From Caedibacter taeniospiralis (GTDB lineage Bacteria > Pseudomonadota > Gammaproteobacteria > Francisellales > Francisellaceae), in NCBI RefSeq assembly GCF_002803295.2, contig NZ_PGGB02000002.1, positions 133,222 through 165,221 of the forward strand: a DNA stretch of 32,000 nucleotides, read 5' to 3'. Positions 8,271 through 17,394 of this stretch are shown here, in pieces. How positions within the stretch are numbered: the first letter of the stretch is position 1; each line of letters starts with the position of its first letter. The notes under the pieces are model-generated. The model was given only the letters and a program-made list of their open reading frames with translations. It was not told the DNA's origin and did no database searches. Made by a program: the position numbers and the translations under genes.

Positions 8271-9043
8271 TATCATGAGGCCCGAGGCACCCTAATCAGA
8301 TCGAAGAAGTACAATGGCAATTACGCAATATTGCTCATTTTCAGAAAGATTTACAACAGCAGGAAACACTCAAAAGCACCCTAAGATATAATCAAACGGA
8401 GCTTCAATATCTTCGTGAGAAAAAGGCAAGTCTTATAGTCAAAGCCCCCTTTTCTGGTGTCATTGAGTCGCTTTCAGAAGATATGCGTCCCAATGCCTGG
8501 GTTAAAAAACGCCAGGCGATGATGATACTGGTGAATAAAGATACGGTTATTTTGCATGCTTATCCAAGTAGTGCTGACTATGAGAGATTGCAGGAGGATC
8601 AACAAGGTCAGTTTATTCCCGAAAATATTGATCTTCCGAACCTTCAGGTCGGTATTTCAAATCTATCAAAGCACAATGTCAACGAGCTTTATACCTTAAA
8701 TCAAGACCACGCCGAAAATCGTTTTATCAGATCTTCGGCTCCCCTTGGCGCTTATCACGCTTCAAACTTAGGTGGCAGTATTGCTGTAACGCAAAATAGT
8801 GAGCAGCAAATTATCCCAAATATCAATACCTTTATTATTTCTCTCAAAGTGAGTCCCCCTATGGGCTATCCCCTGGAAAATGTGGTGCGTGGCAAAGCAT
8901 TTATTACAGTTGATAGCATATCGATAGCTTCCTATATCACGCGACATATTTTAATCTTTTTTGTCAAGGAAAGCGGATTTTAAAACTCGTGGCACTCAGC
9001 ATTTAGCATTAAAAATTTAACATTTAAATTCACTAATCACATT

Positions 9044-9071
9044 GTAGGGGCAAAATATTTTTCACCCCTAC
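9044..9071. terminator. Hairpin GTAGGGG ... CCCCTAC between convergent operons
   Basis: 7-bp perfect stem with an AT-rich loop, located between the M50 gene end and rbfA end; function inferred from position. Confidence 0.35.
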
Positions 9072-9074
9072 GCA

Positions 9075-9240
9075 TCAAAACGACTCAGACACTAAATCAA
9101 CCACATTACGCGCATGTGAGTCGAAGCTTATGCCGATCAAATAAACAGGTTTATTGCTGCTAAAGTATTTTTCCGCATAGTTTTTGTCTTTAATCTGTTG
9201 TATGGCACTTTTAGCATCACCCAACTTACTCATCCTCATT
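9075..9240 (-). pseudogene. C-terminal remnant resembling AAA-ATPase-like / PD-(D/E)XK nuclease family proteins (DUF1703 type)
   Basis: Minus-strand peptide LGDAKSAIQQIKDKNYAEKYFSSNKPVYLIGISFDSHARNVV matches the typical family C-terminal pattern 'AL.QI..K.YAEKY...GK.VYLIGI.FD...RN'. No upstream part exists because it abuts rbfA. 5' boundary approximate. Confidence 0.6.
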
Positions 9241-9636
9241 ATCCTGATGATCATCTGTATTGGACTCATCATGTTGAATAAATTGTGCATCTTCATTGCG
9301 CGCTTTCTCAATCAATGAATTCATTTTGTTCCCATATGCCAGCGAATCATCATAAAAAAATCGCAGGTCTGGAGCGACACGTAAGCGTAATTCCCTGGCC
9401 AAAGCACTGCGAAAAAAACCCTTGGCAGCATCAAATGCTTTGATCATTTGCTCGGGGTTTATTTCAGTATTTAGTGAGGAAAAAAATACCTTGGCATAAG
9501 AGAGATCTTTTGATACTTCAACACCGGTAATGGAAATCCATTGTAAGCGAGGATCGCGTATTTTCGTTGATAACAAAGACACGATTATCTTCTGAATTTC
9601 ATCACCAACACGCTCAACACGTGAACTAGTTGCCAT
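9226..9636 (-). CDS. rbfA: 30S ribosome-binding factor RbfA
   Basis: RVERVGDEIQKIIVSLLSTKIRDPRLQWISITGVEVSKDLSYAKVFFS...LRLRVAPDLRFFYDDSL; downstream of infB. Confidence 0.96.
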   Translation of the reverse strand: MATSSRVERVGDEIQKIIVSLLSTKIRDPRLQWISITGVEVSKDLSYAKVFFSSLNTEINPEQMIKAFDAAKGFFRSALARELRLRVAPDLRFFYDDSLAYGNKMNSLIEKARNEDAQFIQHDESNTDDHQDNEDE

Positions 9637-9638
9637 GG

Positions 9639-12314
9639 TTACATCTCTCTTTTAATTTCAATCGTTTCAAATACTTCGATCTGATCCCCTGCTTTGACAT
9701 CATTGTAGTTTTTGACCCCGATACCGCACTCCAGACCCTTTTTTACTTCAGACGCATCATCTTTAAATCGTTTCAAAGACTCTAATGACCCTTCATAAAT
9801 AACGACCTGATCACGCAGCACGCGAATTGGGTTATGACGCTTAATGACGCCATCAATTACCATGCAGCCTGCAATTGCACCAAACTTGGAAGATCTAAAC
9901 ACATCCCGCACTTCAGCAACCCCAATAATCTGTTCTCTAAGTTCAGGAGATAACATCCCTGACATTGCTTGTTTCACATCATCGATAAGATCATAAATAA
10001 TGCTATAGTAACGAAGTTCAATGCTGTCGGTTTCTGCTTGTTTTCTAGCCGTAGCGTCAGCTCGTACGTTAAACCCAAACAGCACAGCTTGGGATGCAAC
10101 TGCCAAAGATACATCAGAGATGGTAATCCCACCGATACCCGCGGCAATAACATCCACTTTGACCTCATCATTTGATAGCTTAATTAATGATTCACGAATC
10201 GCCTCAACTGAACCCTGAACGTCCGCTTTGACAATGACGTTTAGTGTTTGACGTTCGCCAGTAGACTCACCCATCCGATCAAACAAGCTTGATAGTTTAC
10301 CTGCTTGCTGTTGTTTCAAACGCTCCTCTTTTTTCTTTTGTGATCTGTGCTCAGCAACCTCACGCGCCGTTTTCTCATCTTTCACAGCAACCATTTCATC
10401 CCCTGCATTAGGGACGCCTGAGAGTCCTAAAATCTCGACAGGCATTGAAGGTGTTGCGGTATTAATTTTTTGACCAAGATCATCCATCATCATGCGAATA
10501 CGACCATATTCTGTTCCGCACAAGATAATATCACCCTGCTTTAGTTCACCACTTTGCACTAAGACAGAAGCGACAGCGCCACGCCCTTTATCCAGGCGTG
10601 ATTCAAGGACAACACCTTTGGCAAAGCCTTTATTGACCGCTCTAAGTTCAAGTACCTCGGCTTGCAGTAACACCGCATCCAACAGCTCATCAATCCCCTG
10701 ACCAGACTTAGCTGAGACATGAGCAAACATTGTATCTCCTCCCCATGCCTCAGAAATTACATCCAGCTGGGATAACTCCGTTTTGACACGATCTGGATCA
10801 GCTTCTGGTTTATCCATTTTGTTGACGGCAACCACAATTGGAACTCCTGCGGCACGCGCATGTTGAATGGCTTCTTTTGTTTGCGGCATCACCCCGTCAT
10901 CTGCGGCAACGACCAGTACGACTATATCAGTACTCCCTGCTCCGCGTGCGCGCATTGCCGTGAACGCTTCATGTCCTGGGGTGTCAAGAAAAGTAATCTG
11001 CCCTTTTGCAGTTGTTACTGAGTAAGCACCAATATGCTGAGTAATCCCACCTGCTTCACCAACTGCCACACGAGTCTTGCGAATATAATCCAGCAGCGAG
11101 GTCTTGCCATGGTCGACGTGTCCCATAATCGTCACGACAGGGGCTCTTGGCATCAATTCCTGATTAGAGGAATCAACAATTACGGTTCCCTCTAAAGTAT
11201 CTTCTTTATGCAAGGTATATTCATGTCCAAACTCTTCGACAATTAAAATGGCTGTTTCTTGATCCAGAGGCTGGTTAATAGTTGCCATCACGCCCATTTT
11301 GAAAAGCACTTTAATGAGCTCGGCCGCCTTAACTGCGATTTTTTGTGCAAGCTCGTTGACCGTAATCCCTTCAAAAATAACCACTTGTCGGGTTTCTTTT
11401 TCTACGGGTTTGGTAAACTGCTGAGTTTTCACTTTATTAAGCTGCAACTTCTTAGGCTTTAATGATTTACGAGAGAAGCCTTCATCATCATCTTCAGCGG
11501 AGTAGATGGTGCGTGACGATTTCTTGCTTGTGGTTGATTTCACTTTTTTCTGTGACTTACGTGAAGCCTCTTCTTCTTCCTCGTCTACCTTTTTCTTGGG
11601 TTTTTCCAGCACTTTTTTGTGTGCGCTTTTGACCTCGCCGTCCCCTATATTTTCTTTTTCGGTAACTACTGGCTCTGGTCTTGACGTAATGTTGAAACCA
11701 CTGTTTTTGGGTTTAGTTGTCATTTTTATCTCAACCTTGCCACTAGACTGTTCTTCGGATCCAGAAGAGACTACGGATTTTTCCTTGACTGGTTTCTTGG
11801 GCTTAGGAATAGGTTTATTTTCAGGTGTTATCTTATCGACTTTTGCCACATCTTCTGCATTTGTAAATCCTGATACGGATAATGACTGGTCATCGTTCCA
11901 TTTAGTTTCTATGGCTTCCTTCGCTAAAGGTTCATAAGGTTTGTTATGTTTTACCGCGACATGAGTTACTGATTCATCTGTTGTGGAAGCTTCGAACTCT
12001 AGAGCCTTGTCATGGACATCAGATCCTTCTTTGGCTGTTGGTGCAATCAAGGTTTTCTTCTTACGCACCTCAATGTTGACCTTGCGATTACCCGCAACTT
12101 TTAACTGTTTCGTTGTTTTTCTTTGTAAGGTAACTGCTGATTTCTTCTCTGTAGTACCTCCTTGAATAAAGCTTAACAACTGGTTTTTTTCAGCATCACT
12201 AACCAGAGCGTTAATGCTTTTTTTATGGACTCCAGATTGCTCAAATTTCTCCAATAACACGTTTTCATCAATTTTAATTAATTTGGCTAATTGCGCCACC
12301 GTTATCTCTGCCAT
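9639..12314 (-). CDS. infB: Translation initiation factor IF-2
   Basis: IF2_[17 protein letters not shown]-domain [36 protein letters not shown] track start is 12359; the start at 12314 (MAEIT, preceded by AGGAG) fits the family better. Confidence 0.97.
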   Translation of the reverse strand: MAEITVAQLAKLIKIDENVLLEKFEQSGVHKKSINALVSDAEKNQLLSFIQGGTTEKKSAVTLQRKTTKQLKVAGNRKVNIEVRKKKTLIAPTAKEGSDVHDKALEFEASTTDESVTHVAVKHNKPYEPLAKEAIETKWNDDQSLSVSGFTNAEDVAKVDKITPENKPIPKPKKPVKEKSVVSSGSEEQSSGKVEIKMTTKPKNSGFNITSRPEPVVTEKENIGDGEVKSAHKKVLEKPKKKVDEEEEEASRKSQKKVKSTTSKKSSRTIYSAEDDDEGFSRKSLKPKKLQLNKVKTQQFTKPVEKETRQVVIFEGITVNELAQKIAVKAAELIKVLFKMGVMATINQPLDQETAILIVEEFGHEYTLHKEDTLEGTVIVDSSNQELMPRAPVVTIMGHVDHGKTSLLDYIRKTRVAVGEAGGITQHIGAYSVTTAKGQITFLDTPGHEAFTAMRARGAGSTDIVVLVVAADDGVMPQTKEAIQHARAAGVPIVVAVNKMDKPEADPDRVKTELSQLDVISEAWGGDTMFAHVSAKSGQGIDELLDAVLLQAEVLELRAVNKGFAKGVVLESRLDKGRGAVASVLVQSGELKQGDIILCGTEYGRIRMMMDDLGQKINTATPSMPVEILGLSGVPNAGDEMVAVKDEKTAREVAEHRSQKKKEERLKQQQAGKLSSLFDRMGESTGERQTLNVIVKADVQGSVEAIRESLIKLSNDEVKVDVIAAGIGGITISDVSLAVASQAVLFGFNVRADATARKQAETDSIELRYYSIIYDLIDDVKQAMSGMLSPELREQIIGVAEVRDVFRSSKFGAIAGCMVIDGVIKRHNPIRVLRDQVVIYEGSLESLKRFKDDASEVKKGLECGIGVKNYNDVKAGDQIEVFETIEIKREM

Positions 12315-12324
12315 CACATTTCTC

Positions 12325-13806
12325 CTACTTCTCATTATCCTTCTCAAACCAAGGTGCACGCGCAGTCATAATCAATGCTGCAGCTTGTTCTTCGGAAATG
12401 GAAATAATTTCACGTAAATCATCCACTGCTAACTCAGCCAGATCATCCATCGTAATCACATCTTTTTTTGCTAAAGTGTTTGCCCATGCTTCGGTCATGC
12501 CGTCCATCGCAAGCAGGTCTTCTGCAGGCTTATTAGCAGCCAATGCCTGTGAAATCAATGCCGTTTTCGCACGCGCCTGGAGTTCTTCACAAATTTCATT
12601 GTCAAAGCCTTCTATTTCAAGCATTTCTTCGCGGGCAACATAGGCAACCTCTTCAAGACTGGTGAAACCTTCTTCAATCAGCACTTCTGCAATGTCCTGG
12701 TCAATATCTAGCGACTCCATAAATAGTCGCATGTTTTTTTGCTCTTCTTCCTGTTGTGCCTTTTCTGCGAGGGTGTTGGCAATAACATTAATATGCCAGC
12801 CAGTGAGCGCTGTCGCTAAGCGTACGTTTTGTCCATTTTTACCAATGGCTTGCGATAACTGATCTTCTTTGACTGCTACCTGCATCGATTGCTTATCTTC
12901 ATCCTGGACAATCGAAGTCACCTCAGCGGGGGATAGCGCATTAATCACAAATTGTGCAGGGTTATCATCCCATAGAACAATGTCAACACGTTCGCCTTGC
13001 AATTCATTGGTAATCGCCTGGATGCGTGAGCCACGCATCCCCACACAGGCACCCACAGGATCAATGCGTTTATCATTGGATTTAACCGCTACTTTGGCGC
13101 GAGACCCTGGGTCGCGTGCAATGCCCACGATGTCCATCAGCTCTTCTGCAACTTCGGGAACCTCAAGGATCAAGAGTGCGTGCAACATTCTTTTATTCGC
13201 GCGTGACAGAATAATTTGATGACCTTTAATATCATCATCAATACGCAAAATACACGCACGCAACTTATCATTTAAGCGATAATTTTCTTTTGGCAACAGC
13301 TCTTTTCTTGGTAACACGCCTTCCGCATCATTGCCTAAGTCAATAATTAAGAAATCACGTGTTGCGCGTTTAACTTCACCATAAACGATCTTGCCAACCT
13401 TGTCGCGAAATCTTGATACCATGAGGCGGCGTTCTTCATCACGCACTTTTTGCATAATGATCTGCTTAGCAGTCATCGCGGCAATACGTCCAAATTCAAC
13501 AGATTCAACAGGTTCTTCCAGTATGTCGCCCACACTAACCTTATGACCTTTTTCCTGTGCTACATCGACGTAAAGTTCAGCGGCATAATTTTCAATTTCG
13601 TGATCCTCTCCTACGATCTGCCATTGCCGAAATGTCTCATATTCTCCTGTTTTGCGATCAATCCTGACGACGATCTTTGCCCCTTCTTCAAAGCGTTTTT
13701 TAGTTGCCATTGCCAACGCTTCTTCCATCGCTAGAAACAGCAAATCTCTTGAGACTTCTTTCTCATTTGCAACACTTTCAATAACTAACAGTAATTCTTT
13801 ACTCAT
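12325..13806 (-). CDS. nusA: Transcription termination/antitermination factor NusA
   Basis: [31 protein letters not shown]..., S1 domain, KH region [28 protein letters not shown], two C-terminal acidic repeats. ORF track start 13815 is a GTG; ATG at 13806 has a suitable SD. Confidence 0.96.
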   Translation of the reverse strand: MSKELLLVIESVANEKEVSRDLLFLAMEEALAMATKKRFEEGAKIVVRIDRKTGEYETFRQWQIVGEDHEIENYAAELYVDVAQEKGHKVSVGDILEEPVESVEFGRIAAMTAKQIIMQKVRDEERRLMVSRFRDKVGKIVYGEVKRATRDFLIIDLGNDAEGVLPRKELLPKENYRLNDKLRACILRIDDDIKGHQIILSRANKRMLHALLILEVPEVAEELMDIVGIARDPGSRAKVAVKSNDKRIDPVGACVGMRGSRIQAITNELQGERVDIVLWDDNPAQFVINALSPAEVTSIVQDEDKQSMQVAVKEDQLSQAIGKNGQNVRLATALTGWHINVIANTLAEKAQQEEEQKNMRLFMESLDIDQDIAEVLIEEGFTSLEEVAYVAREEMLEIEGFDNEICEELQARAKTALISQALAANKPAEDLLAMDGMTEAWANTLAKKDVITMDDLAELAVDDLREIISISEEQAAALIMTARAPWFEKDNEK

Positions 13807-13834
13807 AACCCTCACCTATATCGAAACTAAATGA

Positions 13835-14299
13835 TTAAAACTTTGGCACAACGCGCATTTTCTCAACGTTATGGAAGTCAAAACGAATTTCTTCACTTTC
13901 TTCCGTTTTAACTAAAATCTGTTCATTCTCAACTGATAGGATAACCCCTTTAAATCGGCGACGATTATTCTCTGTTGCGTGATGCAGTTGCACTTTCACC
14001 TCAAAGCCTTCTAAAGCTTTCGCTTGTGTCACATTAAATACACGGCGATTAATCCCAGGGGAAGAAACTTCCAAAGCGTAAGGCGTGCTAATGGGATCCT
14101 CGACGTCTAGAATTGCACTTACTGCCTGACTTACTTCCTGGCAGTCATCAATAGAAACACCTTCTTCATGATCGATGAATATGCGTAAGGTCATTCTGCC
14201 GGTATCTGTGGAATAGGCATCCATTTCAATACCCCATAAAATAAAGCCAAGGCTCTCCACTTCTGGCGCAATAAGCTCTTTTAACTGGTCAATTAACAT
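13835..14299 (-). CDS. rimP: Ribosome maturation factor RimP
   Basis: LIAPEVESLGFILWGIE...LRIFIDHEEGVSIDDCQEVSQAVSAILDVEDPISTPYALEVSSPGINR; directly upstream of nusA. Confidence 0.95.
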   Translation of the reverse strand: MLIDQLKELIAPEVESLGFILWGIEMDAYSTDTGRMTLRIFIDHEEGVSIDDCQEVSQAVSAILDVEDPISTPYALEVSSPGINRRVFNVTQAKALEGFEVKVQLHHATENNRRRFKGVILSVENEQILVKTEESEEIRFDFHNVEKMRVVPKF

Positions 14300-14356
14300 T
14301 CCAATACACCCCTTGGGATATAAAAAAAGGACTACGATGAGTCCCTTTTATTCAGC

Positions 14357-14381
14357 AAAACAAAAGGGCCCATGAGGGCCC
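14357..14381 (-). terminator. Terminator-like hairpin after the initiator tRNA
   Basis: On the minus strand: GGGCCC-TCAT-GGGCCC followed by TTTTGTTTTG. Confidence 0.6.
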
Positions 14382-14405
14382 GCAATCTTTTAAAATCATT
14401 TTGGT

Positions 14406-14482
<77 letters not shown>

Positions 14483-14664
14483 TCAACTGCGACACATATT
14501 AACAACTATTTCCTAAATTGCAACACCAAAGTTTGGGTTTTTAATAGATTTATTTTGGGCATTGACAATAGCTTTGCTCATAATGACGCATTGTGTGGGG
14601 CGTATTGCAAAAGATGAAACGATAGTGTGGGTTATAATAAATAGAGAATAGTCTAATTCAATGG

Positions 14665-14820
14665 TTATTTAATTTTGGCTTCCTTGTAAAGCACGTGCTG
14701 GCGAGCAACGGGGTCAAACTTTTTGATTTCCATTTTGTTTGGCATGGTGCGCTTATTTTTGGTCGTTGTATAAAAATGACCGGTGCCTGCACTTGAAACT
14801 AATTTGATTTTATCACGCAT
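14665..14820 (-). CDS. rpmG: 50S ribosomal protein L33
   Basis: 51 codons: [51 protein letters not shown]. Not in the ORF track because it is short. Confidence 0.97.
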   Translation of the reverse strand: MRDKIKLVSSAGTGHFYTTTKNKRTMPNKMEIKKFDPVARQHVLYKEAKIK

Positions 14821-14849
14821 GTTAATTTACTCCTAAACTGTTAAATGAA

Positions 14850-15086
14850 TTAGAATTTTACGTTGCGGGCACGAAGATCAGCCAGAACAAAATCGATCCC
14901 TTTTTTATCGATAATGCGCATACCTTTTGAGCTTACACGTAAACGAACATAGCAGTTTTCACTTTCAACCCAAAAACGGTGTGAATGTAAGTTAGGTAAG
15001 AAGCGACGCTTGGTTTTATTTTGCGCGTGCGACACTTTATTGCCCGTTAGTGGGCGTTTGCCTGTGACCATACAAACTCTAGACAT
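14850..15086 (-). CDS. rpmB: 50S ribosomal protein L28
   Basis: [63 protein letters not shown]. Confidence 0.98.
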   Translation of the reverse strand: MSRVCMVTGKRPLTGNKVSHAQNKTKRRFLPNLHSHRFWVESENCYVRLRVSSKGMRIIDKKGIDFVLADLRARNVKF

Positions 15087-15293
15087 GTTATCCTCCAGTC
15101 AATTGCTGTAAATTAAAATAGTTATAATTGTTAAATTCTCAAGGGGCAACTTTATAGCAAAAAAACGACGCAAAGGCAATCGGAATCTATATCATACTTT
15201 TTCCACAAAAAGCACCAAGCTGCCAGATCGTGACAATTCGTCGCGCATTCTAGCACCAACAGTGGTAGCTTACAATTGCTAAGTTTGGGATAT

Positions 15294-16080
15294 TTAGACT
15301 TGGTTGAGTTGGAGTGAGTATTTATCTTGTGAGGCGAGCACCTGGAATTTAGCACGATATTCATTTAAGGCTTGCTTATCAAACTCATGACACAGCACAC
15401 CTTGGGTTTTAGGTGGAAGCTTCGCCATGATCTCACCGTCGAAATGAACGCATAGACTGTCGCCACTGTAATCAAATCCTAAACCATCTGTGCCAACGCG
15501 GTTACATCCAACAACATACACTTGATTTTCAATAGCGCGTGCAACTAAAAGTGAACCCCAGTGCTTGCGTCGTTTACTTGGCCAACTGGCAACGTTGAGT
15601 AAGAGATCATGGTCATTATTATTGCAATTAAAGACGGGAAAACGTAGATCAAAGCAGATGCTCAGCAGAATTCTGAAATTTTTATAGGTGACGATCACAC
15701 GTTTATTGCCCGCATCGAGCAATTTGTGTTCATCGGATAAAACAAATAAGTGGCATTTATCATAATGCCATATGCCACCTCCTGGCGTGATAAAAATAAA
15801 GGCGATTAACAGGTTTTTGGGCATCATTTAAAACAACGACACTGCCAGTGACTGCCGCATTTTTAGCTTGTGCTTGCTGCATAAGCCAGGTGATGATCTC
15901 ATTTTGATCAGTGACCGCAATTGCCAGATTGGGAGTGAAACCAACGTTAAACATTTCGGGTAATACGATTAAATCGCAAGGGTTTATGCTGCTAATCACT
16001 TTCTCAAAATGTGCATAATTTGCTGTTTTATCTTCCCAGGCGAGATCTGATTGAATCACTGCTACTTTTAAACTTGACAT
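15294..16080 (-). pseudogene. Carbon-nitrogen hydrolase (omega-amidase / YafV-Nit2 type), frameshifted near 15792-15796
   Basis: MSSLKVAVIQSDLAWEDKTANYAHFEKVI...CDLIVLPEMFNVGFT in the 15760-16080 frame continues as FITPGGGIWHYDKCHLF...ICFDLRFPVF...ASWPSKRRKHWGSLLVARAIENQVYVVGCNRVG in the 15294-15827 frame. Halves overlap in CTTTATTTTTATCACG, where one extra T explains the shift. Confidence 0.85.
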
Positions 16081-17204
16081 AATCGCTTTACCCCTTCTAA
16101 TAACGCATCATCATACTTTGCAAAACATAAGCGTACCAAGCCTTGTTTTGGTGTTTCGTATAGTGACGAAATCGGCACAAGACCAACGCCATATTCCTGG
16201 ATTAAGCGTTGGCAAAATGTAAAGTCATCTTCATTTGAAACCGCACTATAGTCAAGAATTTGAAAAGGTGATCCTGACCAGGGAAGGAGCTTAAAGCGGC
16301 TGCTAGATAAACCGTCGACGAGTTTTTGCTGTTGTGTTTGATAAAGCTTAGGTAATTCTTGCCAATACTCAGGATGTGCATTTATCCCATCGGCTAACGC
16401 CAACTGCATTGGGTGAGGTGCGCCAAAGCTTGTAAATTGCTTGACTGCATTAATGGTAGTTATAATTTGTTTAGGGGCAATACAGGCGCCTAAACGCCAA
16501 CCAGTCAGGTTGTATGTTTTACCTAAGGACTGCACGACAATCAGCTTGTCTTTTAAACCAGGAATTTGTAAGGCACTGGTGTATGATTCGCCAGCATATA
16601 TATGCTCGTACACTTCGTCGCTTAAAACGAGAATATCTTTGCCCCTGATCAGGTGTGCAATGGCTTGATATTGTGCATGAGTAATGACTCCGCCCATGGG
16701 GTTGTGGGGTGAATTGAGAATGATTAATTTTGTTTTATCGTTGATGCTCTGCGCTAAAAGTTCAAGGTTAATGTCGGCATTTTCCTGTACAGGGATGCGA
16801 CGGCTAACTCCCTGATTGAATGCCACAATGGCAGGATACGCATCAAAAGCGGGATCAAAATAGATGACTTCATCGCCCTTGTTAATCACTGCACTGATAA
16901 GGGCAAATATTGCTTCAATGGCGCCTGAACATATTGAAACATTGTCCTCTGGAACTGTTGTGATGTCATAGCACGCCTTAATCTTCTGTGCTATAGCTTT
17001 TCGTAAGCTAAGGGTTCCTGGAATTGGCGCATATTGGTTAAATCCAGATCTTGTGTAGTATTCAAGGCGTTCCATTAGCCAATCTGGTGTTTTAAAGTCA
17101 GGGGCGCCCTGGGTGAAGTTAATCGCATTATGCGCTTTAGCAATGGCAGACATTTTGCCAAAAATGGATGGTGCAGTGTTGATATAAGGCTTAAAATTCA
17201 TCAT
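16068..17204 (-). CDS. PLP-dependent aminotransferase, methionine/glutamine aminotransferase-like (YbdL type)
   Basis: AHNAINFTQGAPDFKTPDWLMERL..., FDPAFDAYPAIVAFNQG, LNSPHNPMGGV, LSDEVYEHIYAG, QSLGKTYNLTGWRLGACIAP. Overlaps the start of the nitrilase gene. Confidence 0.88.
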   Translation of the reverse strand: MMNFKPYINTAPSIFGKMSAIAKAHNAINFTQGAPDFKTPDWLMERLEYYTRSGFNQYAPIPGTLSLRKAIAQKIKACYDITTVPEDNVSICSGAIEAIFALISAVINKGDEVIYFDPAFDAYPAIVAFNQGVSRRIPVQENADINLELLAQSINDKTKLIILNSPHNPMGGVITHAQYQAIAHLIRGKDILVLSDEVYEHIYAGESYTSALQIPGLKDKLIVVQSLGKTYNLTGWRLGACIAPKQIITTINAVKQFTSFGAPHPMQLALADGINAHPEYWQELPKLYQTQQQKLVDGLSSSRFKLLPWSGSPFQILDYSAVSNEDDFTFCQRLIQEYGVGLVPISSLYETPKQGLVRLCFAKYDDALLEGVKRLCQV

Positions 17205-17350
17205 GAATCGTTAGGGTGAAGTGCTTGTGGTTCATAGCATAAAGCAAATTTATGCGAACTACTATGGAGTTTTCGGGCATGGCACTCATGAGATCGCTAG
17301 TACTCATTTGGCATCCAATCAAAATTAACTCACGTAAACCGATTAAGCAG

Positions 17351-17359
17351 TGATATAAT
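17351..17359 (+). promoter_or_regulatory. Extended -10 promoter element upstream of rlmL
   Basis: TGATATAAT = TGn + TATAAT, ~36 nt upstream of the ORF start; no convincing -35. Confidence 0.45.
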
Positions 17360-17394
17360 CCGCAGATTCAATTTTATGTGCATGATAATTTCAG

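Larger units (their letters stand above)
7882..8281. mobile_element. Inserted sequence of unknown type (~400 bp, boundaries approximate) interrupting the M50/HlyD gene
   Basis: GC-rich sequence unlike the flanking gene, interrupts homologous protein halves, contains a tandem duplication and hairpins, encodes no recognisable protein. Confidence 0.6.
6391..8983 (+). pseudogene. Membrane peptidase M50 (site-2 protease-like) with C-terminal lipoyl/HlyD domain, split by an insert between ~7882 and ~8281
   Basis: 5' ORF 6391-8010 contains HEFGH (6997-7011) and LRFDGYHVLSDLL (around 7300) in a multi-TM protein, then the lipoyl half VKKGQQVKAGDVLVILESPELDFRIQKTR. After the insert, frame 2 from 8279 reads ...IEEVQWQLRNIAHFQKDLQQQE...ASLIVKAPFSGVIESLSEDMRPNAW...VRGKAFITVDS...FFVKESGF to the stop at 8983, i.e. 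the missing HlyD C-terminus. Frames differ and stops intervene. Confidence 0.8.

Noticed and set aside
11504-12200. Lys/Glu/Ser-rich region as possible unusual domain in IF-2
   Set aside because: Variable, charged N-terminal linkers are normal for bacterial IF-2.
12364-12510. Acidic C-terminal repeats of NusA as a possible novel fusion
   Set aside because: Two acidic helix-hairpin repeats ([25 protein letters not shown]..., [20 protein letters not shown]...) are typical of gammaproteobacterial NusA.
15152-15364. 70-aa minus ORF between rpmB and the nitrilase gene
   Set aside because: No family resemblance, Cys/Ser-rich chance composition, overlaps the 3' end of the nitrilase gene.
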